Origin: Tubiluchus corallicola
Taxonomy: Eukaryota; Animalia; Priapulida
Assembly: GCA_030141605.1 (NCBI GenBank)
Contig: JAQGDQ010000124.1
Location: forward strand, 1-64,000
Reading direction: 5' to 3'
DNA: 64,000 nucleotides
Shown here piece after piece: positions 1 through 16,200 of this stretch. Position 1 is the stretch's first letter; each line of letters begins with the position of its first letter. Both the position numbers and the translations under genes were made by a program. The notes under the pieces are model-generated. The model did not search any database and was not told where the DNA came from. It worked only from the letters and a program-made list of their open reading frames with translations.

Positions 1-1383
1 CAAAAAAGAAAGGAATAATTCCTGGGCTTTAGTTCAGACAGCAATAATTCGACGAAATCCTTAACAAATGAATACCAAACTGTTATTCAATAAGATTCTT
101 AGGCGTTAAAAACTGTAGCAAGTTTGGGCACTTAAAGTCGAGTTCGACTTTTTCACACTTTCTAATTTAGTGATGCTGTACTTTCCAGCGTTTATATGAT
201 TAATTACGACAATATCTTAATGCAGTGTGAACTGTGATTACCTGTTGATAGACCTTTAGTGACTGATAGGCGGAAATTTCTGCGGCTAACATAGCTGCAG
301 GAAAAGCAGAAGCTCTTGGGTTCGAATCCCTGTTGAAATGCAAACTCTTTCAAACTTTCTAATTTCGTGTTGCCTTCTTGCGGTCATGTTTATATGTAAT
401 ATCAGAGAAAGAAGGGATCGGTCAGTTACTTCAAGCAGCTGGTTCAGGGTCAAAGGTCAGTTCATTGGAATATGGGTCCTATGTGGCCCAGAATCAAGTT
501 CCGCATACGAACTTTAGTGTTCCAACAATTGGGATAATGCCAAACCACATGAAATATTACTCGTGTTCTTGAGGAGTTTTGTAATTTCTGCAGCTGCAAA
601 ACTTTATAACCTACTGTTACGTCTCCTATTCACTTTTAACATACCAAAACAGAAAAGGACAAGACCTCTTTAACAAACAGCCACTTCCAATGGCTGGATG
701 TCTTAATAGCAGCCGGTACTGATTATGTTCTAACCATTATGAGACCTGTCATCAAAAATGTAATTTAAGCCCTTCGTCTAGAGTCCACTGGCTCATTCAG
801 TAACATCTGCCGTCTAGAAGGGGGCATCAACGATTCAAGGACAGTCTGTTGCCTTTAGAAAACCCCCAGACACACTTTTGTCGAACAGCTATAACCAACA
901 CTTCTCAAACGCAATGCCCCTTTGCCTTTTAAATTTTAATGTAAAGCCTAAACACATCTGCCAGTGATGAATGCAGAAATTTCTGCCTCTATTCTTGTAC
1001 ATCTGTCACTCTAACGCACGGGCGAGTCTAAGAAAAAGCATAAACTACTTCAGCGAACTATCAAACAAGTTTGACCTGTGTGTGTATGTATTCTATACGC
1101 CTCGGGTAAGGCGCGTTCACAATCTGCAGCGAAATTGCCAGAAAATCGGATATCCGGTTAATACGTTGATTTCATTTCTATGTTTTATTTCTTGCATATT
1201 TGCACATATATTTGCAGTGCAACACAATTATAGTTGTATGTATTTATATAAAAACCACACATGCTGTATATTACCAGTAAAGACTTGTGCATTATGTTGC
1301 TAAGGGTTCGTGTTTGTTTAGTAGACGCAATTTTCCACAAGCCGGTCATGGCAAAGGATTGTTTTCTTACGTTACATTACCGT

Positions 1384-1650
1384 ACCTTACCTTACCTTAC
1401 GTTACCTTACCTTACCTTACCTTACCTTACCTTACCTTACCTTACCTTACCTTACCTTACCTTACCTTGCCTTGCCTTACCTTACCTTACCTTACCTTAC
1501 CTCACCTCACCTCACCTCACCTCACCTCACCTCACCTCACCTCACCTCACCTTACCTTACCTTACCTTACCCTACCTTACCTTACCTTACCTTACCTTAC
1601 ATTACCTTACCTTACCTTGCCTTACCTTACCTACCTACCTCACTCACCTT
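1384..1650. repeat. Pentanucleotide microsatellite (CCTTA)n with an internal (CCTCA)n block
   Basis: Directly visible: about 50 units, CCTCA variant at about 1499-1550. The overlapping LTLPY-repeat ORFs are artefacts of the repeat. Confidence 0.97.
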
Positions 1651-2589
1651 AACCAACCTAACAGAAATTAGTGATTATACCGTAATGATTTTATCATGTC
1701 ACTTCACACTGTTCTTTAAAAAATGGACGATTTAGATCACTTTCGCTTGGCACTGCACAGTGTGCTACAAAAATGGACGGTCCAATTCTATGAAATAAAA
1801 TGCTGTTTTCTGAAGCCTCACAGTATTCCACAAAATTAATGTTTCAGCTATGGACGGAGAAGATTTATTGCTCTTTTTTAGCACTGCACGCAGAAAATGT
1901 CCGTTTTATTCCAATGTTATCCTTCTGAAACTGCATAATGTACTCTAGAGATTGTCAGTTAGATCTATCAGAGTCGTAAAGCATGTTAAGCAATAGACAT
2001 TTTAGATGTGCACGAGTGCTTACAAGACTGCACGGTTTACATATGATGTTTTCTACAGTATTTCACAATGTGATGTGGAATTTTTGCAAAATTTTCGTAA
2101 AATAGACAGCTCTATTTTTAACGCTATTTTAATGAGTTGCTCAGATTTGATCTTGTTTTCTTGTCATACCGTAGTGCTCCGCGCAACTTAATGCTTCATA
2201 GGCAACTCAGTTTGAAGTCACTAAATATGCAAGCCGTGGAGCATGGTTCGATTTCCATTGGCTGTGTGACACGCAGTGACTGCAGAACGTCACATAGTGC
2301 GTTCGCAAGAACTCCTATTAGCAATACAAGCAATATTGGGATGTCTCGATCAATGCACCTGCCGAAAGGCCACGTGACCTAGTCATTGCGGCGCTGTTTG
2401 GCTAATAGTTTTACAGGTGCTATATATCACACATACTAAAGAAAAATCGATTTACGTTGAATTTATACCATATCAGCGCAAATAACGACGTTAATGAAGG
2501 GAATCGAGAAAAAGTTACCAGCATTAGGTCTATGCATTATTATTCATTTTAATTTTTTTGTAACTATTGTACAATGTATTAGCACTAGG

Positions 2590-4445
<1,856 letters not shown>

Positions 4446-7054
4446 TACCAACTTTTGTTAACACTGTAAATAAATCATTACAATGAATTTTATAAAGAAG
4501 CCCTCCAAAACAACCAGCGGTCGAAGCAAAGGGCACCTGTGATAATTATAACTAATCGATAACAGTATTTTCAATGACAATCACTGGTACAGTTTTGAAA
4601 TAGTATGAGTGCATTTACACATGGAGATAACGTTGTTGCAGTTGTCGAAAGTTTTTTTTTAAATTGGTAAAGATCAAATCGTTTTTTCCTTATTTCCTCC
4701 GTTCTAACAGAGTCGCATACAACAGGGTTTTCAGTCTGCGCACATCACTAAACAAAGATAAACGTTTTAATCATGACTTGTTGATTTTGTATGCAGTGAG
4801 ATGAGGCATCATTTTCCGAGAAACGATTTAAATAGGAACTACTTCATAGTAAAACACAATGCAAGAACAATGTACACTATGGTTCTAGGGATCGATGGCT
4901 GTATAGGTGCAGGTTGCTACATTTAGCTCTATTATTATACAAAAGTATTGTTTGTTTACTAACTTAAATTAAACAACGTTCCATCCAATAACTTAATAAA
5001 GTACGAAGTGAATGAGAGTCATGAACGTCTGAATATGTCCATATTAAATGCATGTATTGAAATTTAAATATTAAACATTGATATTTCATATAAAAATAAG
5101 TCAACCACGGAGCTGGGAGAGTAGTTGGACACAGGGCGTTTTGTAAAACCACACCCTAAAAGCCATGTTTGTTTGAATAATTTATATTGGTATTCAAGTA
5201 GAACATTGTTTAATTTCACTACACTCCAACATTATGCAACGTAGTCACACGTCACAATGTTGGACAATTATATCGAACTTTTTTCTATTACGCACTATGC
5301 AATTGATTACAACGGTCAGTAACATAATTCTAAACAAAGTAAACATTAACACAGTGACGTCCGTGACGTCAGTCTGGAATATAAGAACTACCGAACAGCA
5401 TTGCAAACCCCTTTTAATATCGTTGACTTTGTACTATAGTATGATTTTTGTGTAAGTCCCATACTTAGGCTGCATTAATAGCTTAATTTAGTTAATTGCT
5501 TATGTTAATTGAATTAGTCATTAGTTAATTACTCATTAAGCGAATTTATATACTATAATAAAGCAAGTTGTGACTGTAGATATATGAATGCATCTAGTTA
5601 GCTCTGGAAAGGGTCCCACCTCATACCTGTCACAGATCTCCTTTACGAGAAAGCAAGTGATTGGTTATACGCTCAACTAAACAGGCTATCTAGCCAATAA
5701 ACCGTCGTGTTATTAAAGGACAAGGTCATCCACTTTTATCTGCTCTAGAAATTGAAACCAGGTTCAAGACAGTTTGTCGAACGTGCTGAGCCAGTGAAGT
5801 CGTCCAATATGGCTTCCGACGAACATTTATTAACAATTATGGCAACAGAAAGTGATTAAAGGGCACTGAGACACCAAAGGGTTAGGGCATTATTCAACTT
5901 TCTAAAACAAATAATTACAAGTTTGAAGCAAAAAAAGTGTTCCACTAGAATGATTTGAAAAGGAAAGCATAATTATTGATCTGAGCTGGTATCAAATAAG
6001 CCAGAAAGACAAAATTATTTTCATACCTGATGGCAATAATCAATAAATAAACTATAAGCAATTATTCAAGAGCAGTAAGGTACAGAGTAATCAAATTATC
6101 AACAACATTTTTTTTGCCGATCTGCATGAGAAGTTACGTTCATCCCCGAAATCCAGAGCTAAGATTTCAAGGGTGCTCAGTAGAGTGTTTAAGCAGTGTT
6201 ACTGCCAGGTATGTGAGTAACACAACTTTGTTATAAGCTCAGTTTATCTAAATAAAGAAATTCACATCCCTCAACTGAATTCCAGTTAATGACGGTAATG
6301 GTATATAATGTCTTGGGTTGTTAGATGCCTGCAGTGGTGTTCAGTAATGGTTATATGTTTGTGGTTACTCGTTTGTGAAACAACCTTTATAAAAGGAGAT
6401 CCATTTCACTGTGATGTATCATTGTTCTTGTTCTAATTCATGTTATATGTTTCTGAATGACTTAAAGAGATGGACGGAAGTGCATCACCTGAAGCATAGC
6501 ATGTTATAAAGTTTGTACAATTTACATGTGAGCAAACTGTGCATGCATGCGTTTGTGAATGGTGCATCTATGCTAGTAATCAAATGCATCACATTCTGGA
6601 GTAGTTAATCATGAGAAAATCATTAATGCTCAGTTATTTCAGAATGGTATGTCGCTATTCAACTTTTCATGACATTTGGAATGATAATTATGAACTTATT
6701 ACTGTCTCTTATTATCGTCTTATGGGTTACATTATGTAGAGACAAAAGGTTTGCACTGGAGACACTCATTCATAATGCAATCATCTTCTGTGTCATGCTA
6801 CATCCACAAGTTTCAAAAAAGTGAGTGAGTGAAACTTCCCAACAACAGTAGAGGGAGTGAAAAAAGGTTTGGGAGTTTGGCTGTAGATAAAAAATATGGT
6901 TATATGAATTGTACCACAACCATTTAAACTTTTAAGTCATAAATTATTGACAATACTAGTGCAATCAAATATGTGTATCTCATGTATACCATTTAAAATA
7001 TTTCTATATAAAACTTTATGCATAGCACTGAAAACGCTATAATAAAACAGGTAC

Positions 7055-7204
7055 CTGCTGCTGTGTGATGTCATTTCCAGGCAGCACCAACCGAGCACTT
7101 GGATCGACGGCTAAAAGTCCCACAAACGAATTTGGATCCGTATCGATTTGAACAGTGACAATGTTTCCCGGTTGAGCATTTGGCACATCAAAATTAACAG
7201 TGAT
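7055..7204 (-). CDS. CD109/TEP-like exon 14
   Basis: ITVNFD...PGNIVTVQIDTDPNSFVGLLAVDPS...GNDITQQQ; ends at a GTACCT donor, so the gene should continue. Confidence 0.92.
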
Positions 7205-10200
7205 CTGCAGATATCAAAATTTTTCCTAACAATGAGGTGAAAGAAACCAAAATAAGTTTTGATCAGCTGACAATATCTCTGAAAAGTAAGAAACTGAAGA
7301 TTCTCCAGTATAGTTCTGCAATAGGCTGACAACATTGATTTTTTTTCTACATGTGCTCCCTAATCATCAAAAATCTGTACGAATCCGTAAACTTGTAAAC
7401 TTTAAATTTAATTAGGTATAAATGTTCATTTAGTTCAAGTAGATTTAGGAACTTTAAAAAGCACATCTGCCGTCAAGTTTCGAGTGCTTTTATTGGCCAA
7501 AACTGACCAATTGAAATTAAGGTTTTGGGAACAAACAGAAATGAAGAAAGTTTATTAACTTATCACTAATCAAAGGTCCAAGGTTGCTGACAAGAGGTCA
7601 ACGCAAAGGCTTTTCCTCCTTATTGTGCTTAGAGCATGTATATGCAAGAAGATAGGCTTGAGCTTAAAGTTTGGACTAAAAACTGTATGCACAAACATGG
7701 AGAAATGGATAGATGCTCCTCATTTCAGTATGTCATTTTTGCTTACAATGAGAGATAGTAGATTTGAAAAGAAAAATAACAATTCATTAACTTTTTTAAT
7801 AACATAAACCAGTAAATTAAACTAACAAATGGTTATCAAGTTAACGACAGCAATTAAAATGTGGAAATGCTGCGGTAAGAAGAGAAATGCTGAAGGACGT
7901 CTGTTGTACATCCGATCAGCTAATGACTTGTAAGAAATAACAGCAAAAAAATCACTTGTATAACATAAGAATAACAAACAATACCTTGTTTTTAAAAACT
8001 CCATCAACTTCAAATTTAATGCCATCAACAAGCAATTCACCATCATGCACATAAAAAACAGTCACATGCGACTTTGGTGCCATCTCGGGAGTTACTTCCT
8101 CTTGAAGTGTCAACGTGCTCTGATTTAGAGCTTCTAACTTACCACCTTTCACAATGTTACCTTTACAGGTTACCTGAAAAGGATGTATAACAATAATAAT
8201 TAACTAAGTATAAGTTGGTATTTTCTAAGTATGCTAGGTATGTAGCATAACTGCTTAAGCCCTTTGGCAAGCACTGAAAATGTAAATGTAGTAATTCCTT
8301 GTTGTTATAAAATGTGTGGCAAAGAAAACCGTGTTAACCTGATAGCTGACAACAGACATTGGTACAGTTGAATTCACATACACCGTCAGAGTTTCTCCAA
8401 CTGTAAACCTGCTTGAGTCTGCTGAGAGTCGCAGAAATTGTTTGGAGCGAGACATAAATGGACCAACAAAATATTCTGCTTCATCAGCATCAGGATGAGT
8501 TGCCTAGAAAATTAAAGTTGCATTAACTTTTTGTTAATTTTATTTCAGTTTGTGAGTTTCCAAACTGTTTAACTATTATTATTTTTAAGCAACACACTAG
8601 TACTAAGCTGTTAATACTGTGTTCATTATACACAGTAGTTGGACATAAGAACATATAAATAAGTAACTTCTATTCCATTTAGAATTTTATTTTTGAGTTT
8701 TTTCATCTAGGACATCAATTAATTAGATAAACCTTTAAAGCAGAGCTAAAGGAATTTTTAAAGTCAATTTATCAGTAATATCTAAACTACAATTTGACAC
8801 CCAATCATATTTTGTCTTCACGACTGCTTTAGGAAAAAATCATTGAAAATGCAAGCAAAAAGCTCTAATGTAGATAAAAGAAAAAACATTTTATATATAT
8901 ATATATACGGGGTCAAGACTTACATGCTAAAAAATTAAGAACAATGACTAAACATTTCTGAGCAACAGAATGGAGTCAGGATGAGTCATGCTCTGACTTA
9001 TACATCGAGAAGAAAGATGTTATAACAACCTGGAATTGTAATATTTTTCGAAAAAATGGCAAGAAAATATTACCAATATGATGAATGAATAATTGATTTT
9101 CATGTTCTTTGGATGCTAATTACTATTCAGCTGCTGTAAATGCTACATAGACAGCATGAGAAATCTTTGCAATTAACTGCTCAATGTTTAAAAATATCAA
9201 TAAAATAGAGACTTGTAATTGTTTTACATCATGCGCTTGCAATCTTGAAAAACAACAAGCAGAAAAAGAATACAATGCAACAATTCAAATTGCCTTAAAA
9301 ATGCCAAAGTGGTAGTTAATTTAATTTCAAACTTTACTTTAAGTTAAAACATTGTAAATGAGCTAGATGTGTGCATCAATTTTATTCGTGTCAGAAAATG
9401 TCAGAATTAAACCTTACTGAAAGATGAATCCCTGTATCGTTGACATCTGTTTGTAACGTCGCAGAGACGACTCCACTGTCTGGTACTTCGTAAAAGAAAG
9501 TTTCATAGTCGCTGCCCCAAACAGCCTTCTTAATTTGTACTTCTTTACTGTCTGAACTTGATAAAGGACTGCCATCACGTTTTTTTACTTTTAACTGCAA
9601 AAATAGTATCATTTTATCTGTAATAGAATTACACATTCATGTATTTAATAGTTACAGCAAAGCAATATTCATTTAATCATATGCAAAATAAAAAGAGAGC
9701 TAAATCTTAAATCTATGTGGTATAATTCATCATTCAGTACTATCACTTAGTAAGTTGGCCAAGAATCGATTGTGGGAACTGTTCTTCCTTTTTTATTCAT
9801 GTTAGTTATGTGGAAATACTGTATCTCTATCGGCTAAATTAATACACAGGATTAGAAAAACTTAATGCAATCTATTTCTTTATTTACAATATTATATGTA
9901 AAAATATCTTTCTTTAATATGCTAAAATGCTTGATTACTTAGCAACACAGCAAATAACTTGATCTTACCTTCACTCAGTGTTAACTCCATACACCTACTT
10001 AAAAATTGGCTTGAATAGTATACTTTTATAAAGTTTACATATACTCGTTTTTTATGGGAATTTTAGTTTTCTTCATTAAATTGTGTTAAAGATTGTACTG
10101 ATGCAATTGGCCTACTACGATGCCAAAACTTTCACAAAAATTGAAAGCAGTTGGCAAGCACAGTTACTGATGTGCAGGTTATTATTCAGCTGTGATCTCT

Positions 10201-13200
10201 GAATGACTGATCACGTGCTCTATCCTAAGAAGCTAAAAATAATTAGTAAAATGAGGGCAAAGAGGAAATCAAGTTTATTATATTGATAATTTGTTTAATT
10301 AGGCTGACTGTTTATTCAGTGAATGGGAAATGTTTTAATCAATTATTATTATTATTATTATTTTAGTGAATATGCTGATTGTCCTTCAAAAAGTCTTTGA
10401 TAACTTTTCCACTAAAGGTGCAGAAAACAATAGCGCATCCAGTGCAAAATGTGAAAGAGCCTTTACACAAATTTATTGCCGTCAGCACAAGCACATTTGA
10501 GCCTAATTAACTCTCTTTCTACCCTCCCTGTTTATGTTTGTGAGTACCAGTTATGTTTAATAGATAGCCAAAAATATCCGAAATATTATATAAATTTTTT
10601 TATTAAAAATTGCAGTTTCCCCTGCTCTATAGCAGCCATCATCAGGTATTAAAGGATTAAAAAATTAAGAACAAACAAAAACAAGAAACTATAGAAATCA
10701 TCTCTTTTAAGAGGTAGCTGTCAGCAAAAGCTCATTAACTGAAAACAGCTTAAACTAGCTTTGATGTTAACTTGAAAAAACTGGTATTTTTTCAAGTTTT
10801 TCTCTATATCAATAATTATAAACCATGTAAATCAAATTTTTGCAGTATGCTACATGAGAATTGAATTTTGTTTACCAAAATTACTATCATTTAAACTGAA
10901 CTGCAACTTTATTACAAATAAAAAATTTTCATATTGAAGTGCACTCCACTGAATTTCAAACCGTCAATTAGGCCTCCAAAAATAGCTACAATTCAGAAAA
11001 CTCATCGATTTCTGAGGAATTGCCCTGGACCTGTACGGAGATTTTATAGCTGTCTCGCACAACTTGTAGTTGGGAAAGTGTTGGACACAGGGACAAAGAC
11101 AACATTCATATACCCATTAGCGGCTTGCACTTACAACAATACAGATAAGGACACAACACACACATAATGAATAACACGTAAGTTACAAGCCCTGGTGCTG
11201 GCAGCCTAACTAGCTTGATAGTCTCAAACCTAAGAATGCAACCACTAAGTGTCTGTGCAATCTGTCATCTAGACCACTTGGCCAGCGATTCCACTGTCCC
11301 TCCAGGGTACCATTTAACTTTACAATATAACTTTTCTAAATTTACAATTTCAAGGACAGGATTTTTTACAAATACAAGTGGAAAATTTGAACTCTATCTA
11401 CCACTGTACATCTCTTACAAATGACAATGGGAATTACAAAAGCACAATGTAAGAATTCCTACATATGCAGTGTAAGGAAATCCAATTTTGAAATATAGAG
11501 GTCCGAAGAATTCCAGGCGCAGACCCTTCTCGTGAACAGGTGCTTTGGCTTCCCCCTTCATACGCAAAGCTGGAAAAGCAAATCAAAAAGTCAAGACATT
11601 CCCTTATTCACAAGCATAAGTCACTTACAGAAAAATTTTAAATCTTTTTAAAAACTGAAGAAGAGACAAATAGCCATTGCTGTGATCCAATGAATCATAA
11701 TTGTGAGCTGTCAGAGCAAAATCGACCATTTGGCTCAAATAATAAAATTATTTGTGAAAACAAATTATTGAGAAATTGGCTTTCAAAGTTTAAGAACAAA
11801 TTCACGAAAATTAGCATAGCAACCATGACTGGTATAGGCTGCTATGGGCTTCTATACACTATTTAAGAGTCTAAATTCTTTTTGTAAAATATAATAGAAA
11901 GTGGGTATGATGAACTTAAATTACATGCAGTTTTGGGCCTCTACCTAATTATTTTCTTACCCAAGTGAATCTTAATTAAAGGTGAGTTATTGCAATGTTA
12001 AGTATGCAGAATTTGTTTTTATAATAAATGTTCCTTATCTGCAAAGTAAATTGCATCAATTACTGCAAGGCACTAATACTACATATACTATAAAATTAAT
12101 TTTGAGGTTTACATTTTACACAGGTAAGTTATTAATTACAGGTGAAAACTTAAGCACACCTGGTGCTGAGCTCATTAACTAGATGATTTTTACAGTAACT
12201 AGCAAGTTTCATGTAGACTATCAACTAATTTATTTTGTAAAGCATACTTATTATAAATAGCTTCAGATAGTATTAATTACAATTAGTTACAGGTGTGAAA
12301 ACAATTTAATAAATAGGCATTATATCTCATAACTGCTCTCACTAAAATGACAGAAAGCTTCCTTGCTTGTTATTCATACATATAAAACTTATTCACATTT
12401 TTGTTTCCAAACTTACGTAGGTAAATTAGCAGGTAAGTAAATTACAGATGCGTTCACGTTATATTTCTACAAAGATACAAAATATGCGATGCAAATGGAT
12501 GTTCTGCTGTCCACATAGATATTTCGAACTCTCTTGAATACTTTTAACTTTCATTATAATTTCAGGTAGATAACACCTATTAATAATTACAGGTGATGAA
12601 ACTAAAAGCAAAACTTTCACCATAGTTTTTCTGTATAAAAATTGTGTAGTGTGTACATGGCTCATAACAGCTAAACCAGATACGATGCATTTCGGTGAAT
12701 TTCCGTGCTTTGGCGCTTTGGAATACTTCCCAGGTAGAATGTTCCACTGTGTTAACTACAGGTGTAATTACTTTGTTATGACAGAAAATAAAATACACAA
12801 TGATATACAACTTACACATAATGTTTAAAGTGAAAATTTTATTATGACAACAGTACAGTAAATTGGTTTTTTTTTGGTGACAAAGTTCTTTACTTTGGTA
12901 GGTATATCTCAAGCAGTTTTCCATTCTCAATTTTCTTCATTGTAGAGTGAACAAAGTCTTTTTTATCCTGTTTTACATGAACAAATAACAGTGTTACTAT
13001 ACTTGCATGTTAAACACGTTAACTTTTAGCATGAGTTAGCTTAGCAAGTTGGTATTATTTATAATAAATACCGCTTCATATTGACAAAAGCAATATTTGG
13101 ATTACTTAATGATATTGATGAGAGCTGTATTAATTTAAAAGCAGTTTTAGCAAATTGCTGATATGCTCTTCGTTTTATTTAATGTAGTCATTTAGTCATA

Positions 13201-16200
13201 TAGTTATTTTAACTTATGAACATCAATTCTATGGCACAGTAAGTTCATCTGTTTATTGTACCTTGACATAATCACATCTTTATGCCAACAAGTAATAACA
13301 TGTCACAATTTATGCCTTGTAAGTAGGCAGGCCTAACCACAGAACAGAAAACACATTTCAGTTTGCTAGGTTTTTTACCAAAATGTTTATTTTTTTTACA
13401 GTTAAATCTTGCTTACCATATTAAGCTCAATTGTGCTTCCATCACTATCTAGGGTCAAAAAGCAGCTAATTACTGCCGCCAAAGGTTCCTTTTCTGTCCA
13501 TCAGCATTGATCTTCGAACAAAACTACACATTTAATCAATGTTCCTGTCAGGCATTGCACTAACAAGCAAACTGTGCTGAAGCTGTTGTGTCAACCTGGT
13601 TACTGTAGTAACGCACCAACTGTGCAATTTGATTGGTTAAAAAATTACATCGTTTCACTTCCATTGGATAATTGTACGTTCTGTCAGAGATGTGTTTACT
13701 ATATTTTTCATCTTAGTGTAGAAAGGTGGGGCAAAATTAGAAATGACTAATAGAATACTCAGTTAGATAGGGTTTTGTACTTTCAAACACCAAAATCCAA
13801 GTTAAAAATAAAGAAATAAAAATGGCATCTATGGAAAGTAATTCAACAACAAAGTACTGTTAGTTTTGTATACTTCTGCAAATGAACAATCCCAATAGCA
13901 AGGTAGGTGTCGCAAAAAGAATATTTTTAATCATTTATAATTAATTAGTGTCTATTTTTGGGTCGCATATGGTAGTTTAAATGTTATAGATGTCTTTTTA
14001 CCGAAATTCAAATTTGGGTGAAAAACACTGTTTTCAAAAATAAGCAGTATTATGAGTATGTCGCGAAATGATCGACTTTGATCTGTCACCTCACAACTAA
14101 GCATTTACAAGTGTTCGTTAGCAAAATGAATTGGAAAGCCTGAACCAAAGACATCTTCTGCATTTCAAGCAGCTATGCAAACCACAAAGAAACTCATTTT
14201 TAGGCACACAAATTTACAGTACAAGCCTATAAGTTAGGTACGTGTTCTACTTTAGTCAAAACCATAACCATTACTATGCATGCTCAGATTAGTGTTGTTG
14301 TGCAAAATAGGAAAACGCTCGTACCTGTCAGTTTTTCTGTAAGCACTACATTCACATGAACTTGGCAAAAAAAGAAGCCCGGCTTTAATTTAATATTTAC
14401 TGAAAAATTAGCAATGCCATCTATCTATAACAAAGAACAAATGAAGAGAAACAATCAGCCCAGCTTTTACAGACAAAGTGGACATACTCAGCAAGAATTT
14501 AACAAATTTGAGTGGCAATACTGTGCAACATAACAAAATAGTGAGAAAATCATGATAATATCTGCAACAGCACCAACAACTATTGTAAAATTAATCACTT
14601 ATTAAATTTTAAAAAGGAAAACATGAAATTTAAACACACACAGCACTATAGGTACAGCAAATTTTTGTTTCCGAAGTTTGGCATGAGTCCAGATTCAAAA
14701 CACCGTCAGTGCAAACACAATTTATGATATGAATGTACTACAGCAAGAGCAGATTCCGAACTTACATCTTGCTGAATCATCATCCTAATATCCGGGTATT
14801 CTATCACAGAAACAGTTATGTTCATTGAGCCTTGAATTACTTTCTCAGAAGTGTACCTTAAACAAGAATATTGTCATGAAATACATGCTGTGAAGTCGGA
14901 AGCAAATTCGTTGCTAAAGAGTCGGAGTCAATTAAAATGGACCGAATCCGACTCCTGCCTCCAGTAATTCTAGCCACTGCTGATAAACATGAAAAAACAA
15001 TTAAAATTTGCTTCTTTCCTTTTTTATTAAGCAAAACACTAACCTAAATCTAACTCTTTATCTCTTATGTCGCATGAATATGGAAAAGTGTGAAATTTGT
15101 ATAACAAAATTAAATTACGGTCAAATGATTGAGAAAAATGGCTCAATACAAGTTATTATTCAATCAGGTAAAAGTGCTTTCTTTTCTAAAAAATGAAAAC
15201 TTTAAGTATAATTATTTTTTCATGTAGCCGTTTGTCATGTTGTTGTTTAAGTCCTCACCTTGAGTTAAATATAATTTCATTGTAACTTAAACTTAGAAAG
15301 TAGCTTGATAATTAACTTAGCAGTGAACTAGTGATGACATTCTCTTCTGTGTTAGCCTTATGCTGAAATATAACATTCTAAACTATTATGTAGAGGGAGA
15401 GTCAGAGTCGGACCTTCCAAAATTTTAGGAGTCGGAGTCGGAGGCTTGGCTACCAACTCCATAGCCCTACATAAAACTACTCGGCAAATATGTTAAAGTG
15501 CAGTTTGAGCATGTGCAACAATAAAAATAATTTAGAAACAAAAAATGTGTTTTGTTGTTTTATTACTAAATATCGTTGCAGAAAAGCAAGCAGCAAGTAG
15601 CAGTAGGAGGGGCATATTAACCAATAGGCTAACTAAGGCTATAGCCTAAGGTGCCAAAGCTTGAGGAACATCACATTTTAGAAAAAAATTTTATTGTCCT
15701 CGGAAAATGTGTATACTTTCATATTCATGTAAAGGAATATTCATGTAATATTCATATAAGGGAAAAGTATGACACAACAAGCATTTGTGCAGCCTACTTG
15801 GATATAAGCGTTCTGCAAATACATGTAATTAATAATGACCATGTAGAAATTAGCTTAATAGTGTTTCTAATACACCACAAGTAATTGTCTGGCCTGCTCA
15901 TTACATAAACAATAATAAATTTACAATAGAGATGAGCGGGACAAAACAATCAGCCTAGGGCGTCATAAAGTCTTGATATGCCCCGAGTAGTAGCAGCTAC
16001 ATTCTGATCCTTTCACAGCCATTCACACTAATTATGCTTTACCACTCAATGTTAAATTCTGGTTACAAAGTGCAGAACTGTTAAAAAAATCAACGCAAGA
16101 AGTGTTTTATTATCGCACTTGTATTAAAACTGCAATGCATAACAGCAGAGTTAAAAACAAGTGAGGGCCTGTAAGCAGGGTGCATAAGATTATGGATATG

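Noticed and set aside
1261-1735. ORFs with LTLPY repeats, and the array as telomeric DNA
   Set aside because: They are translations of the pentamer repeat. The unit is CCTTA/TAAGG, not the arthropod telomere unit TTAGG/CCTAA.
12417-13448. Possible extra TEP mini-exons near 12417-12466 and 13417-13448
   Set aside because: Exons 9 and 10 already join in phase with a sensible sequence. The candidates show no family similarity and would break the frame.
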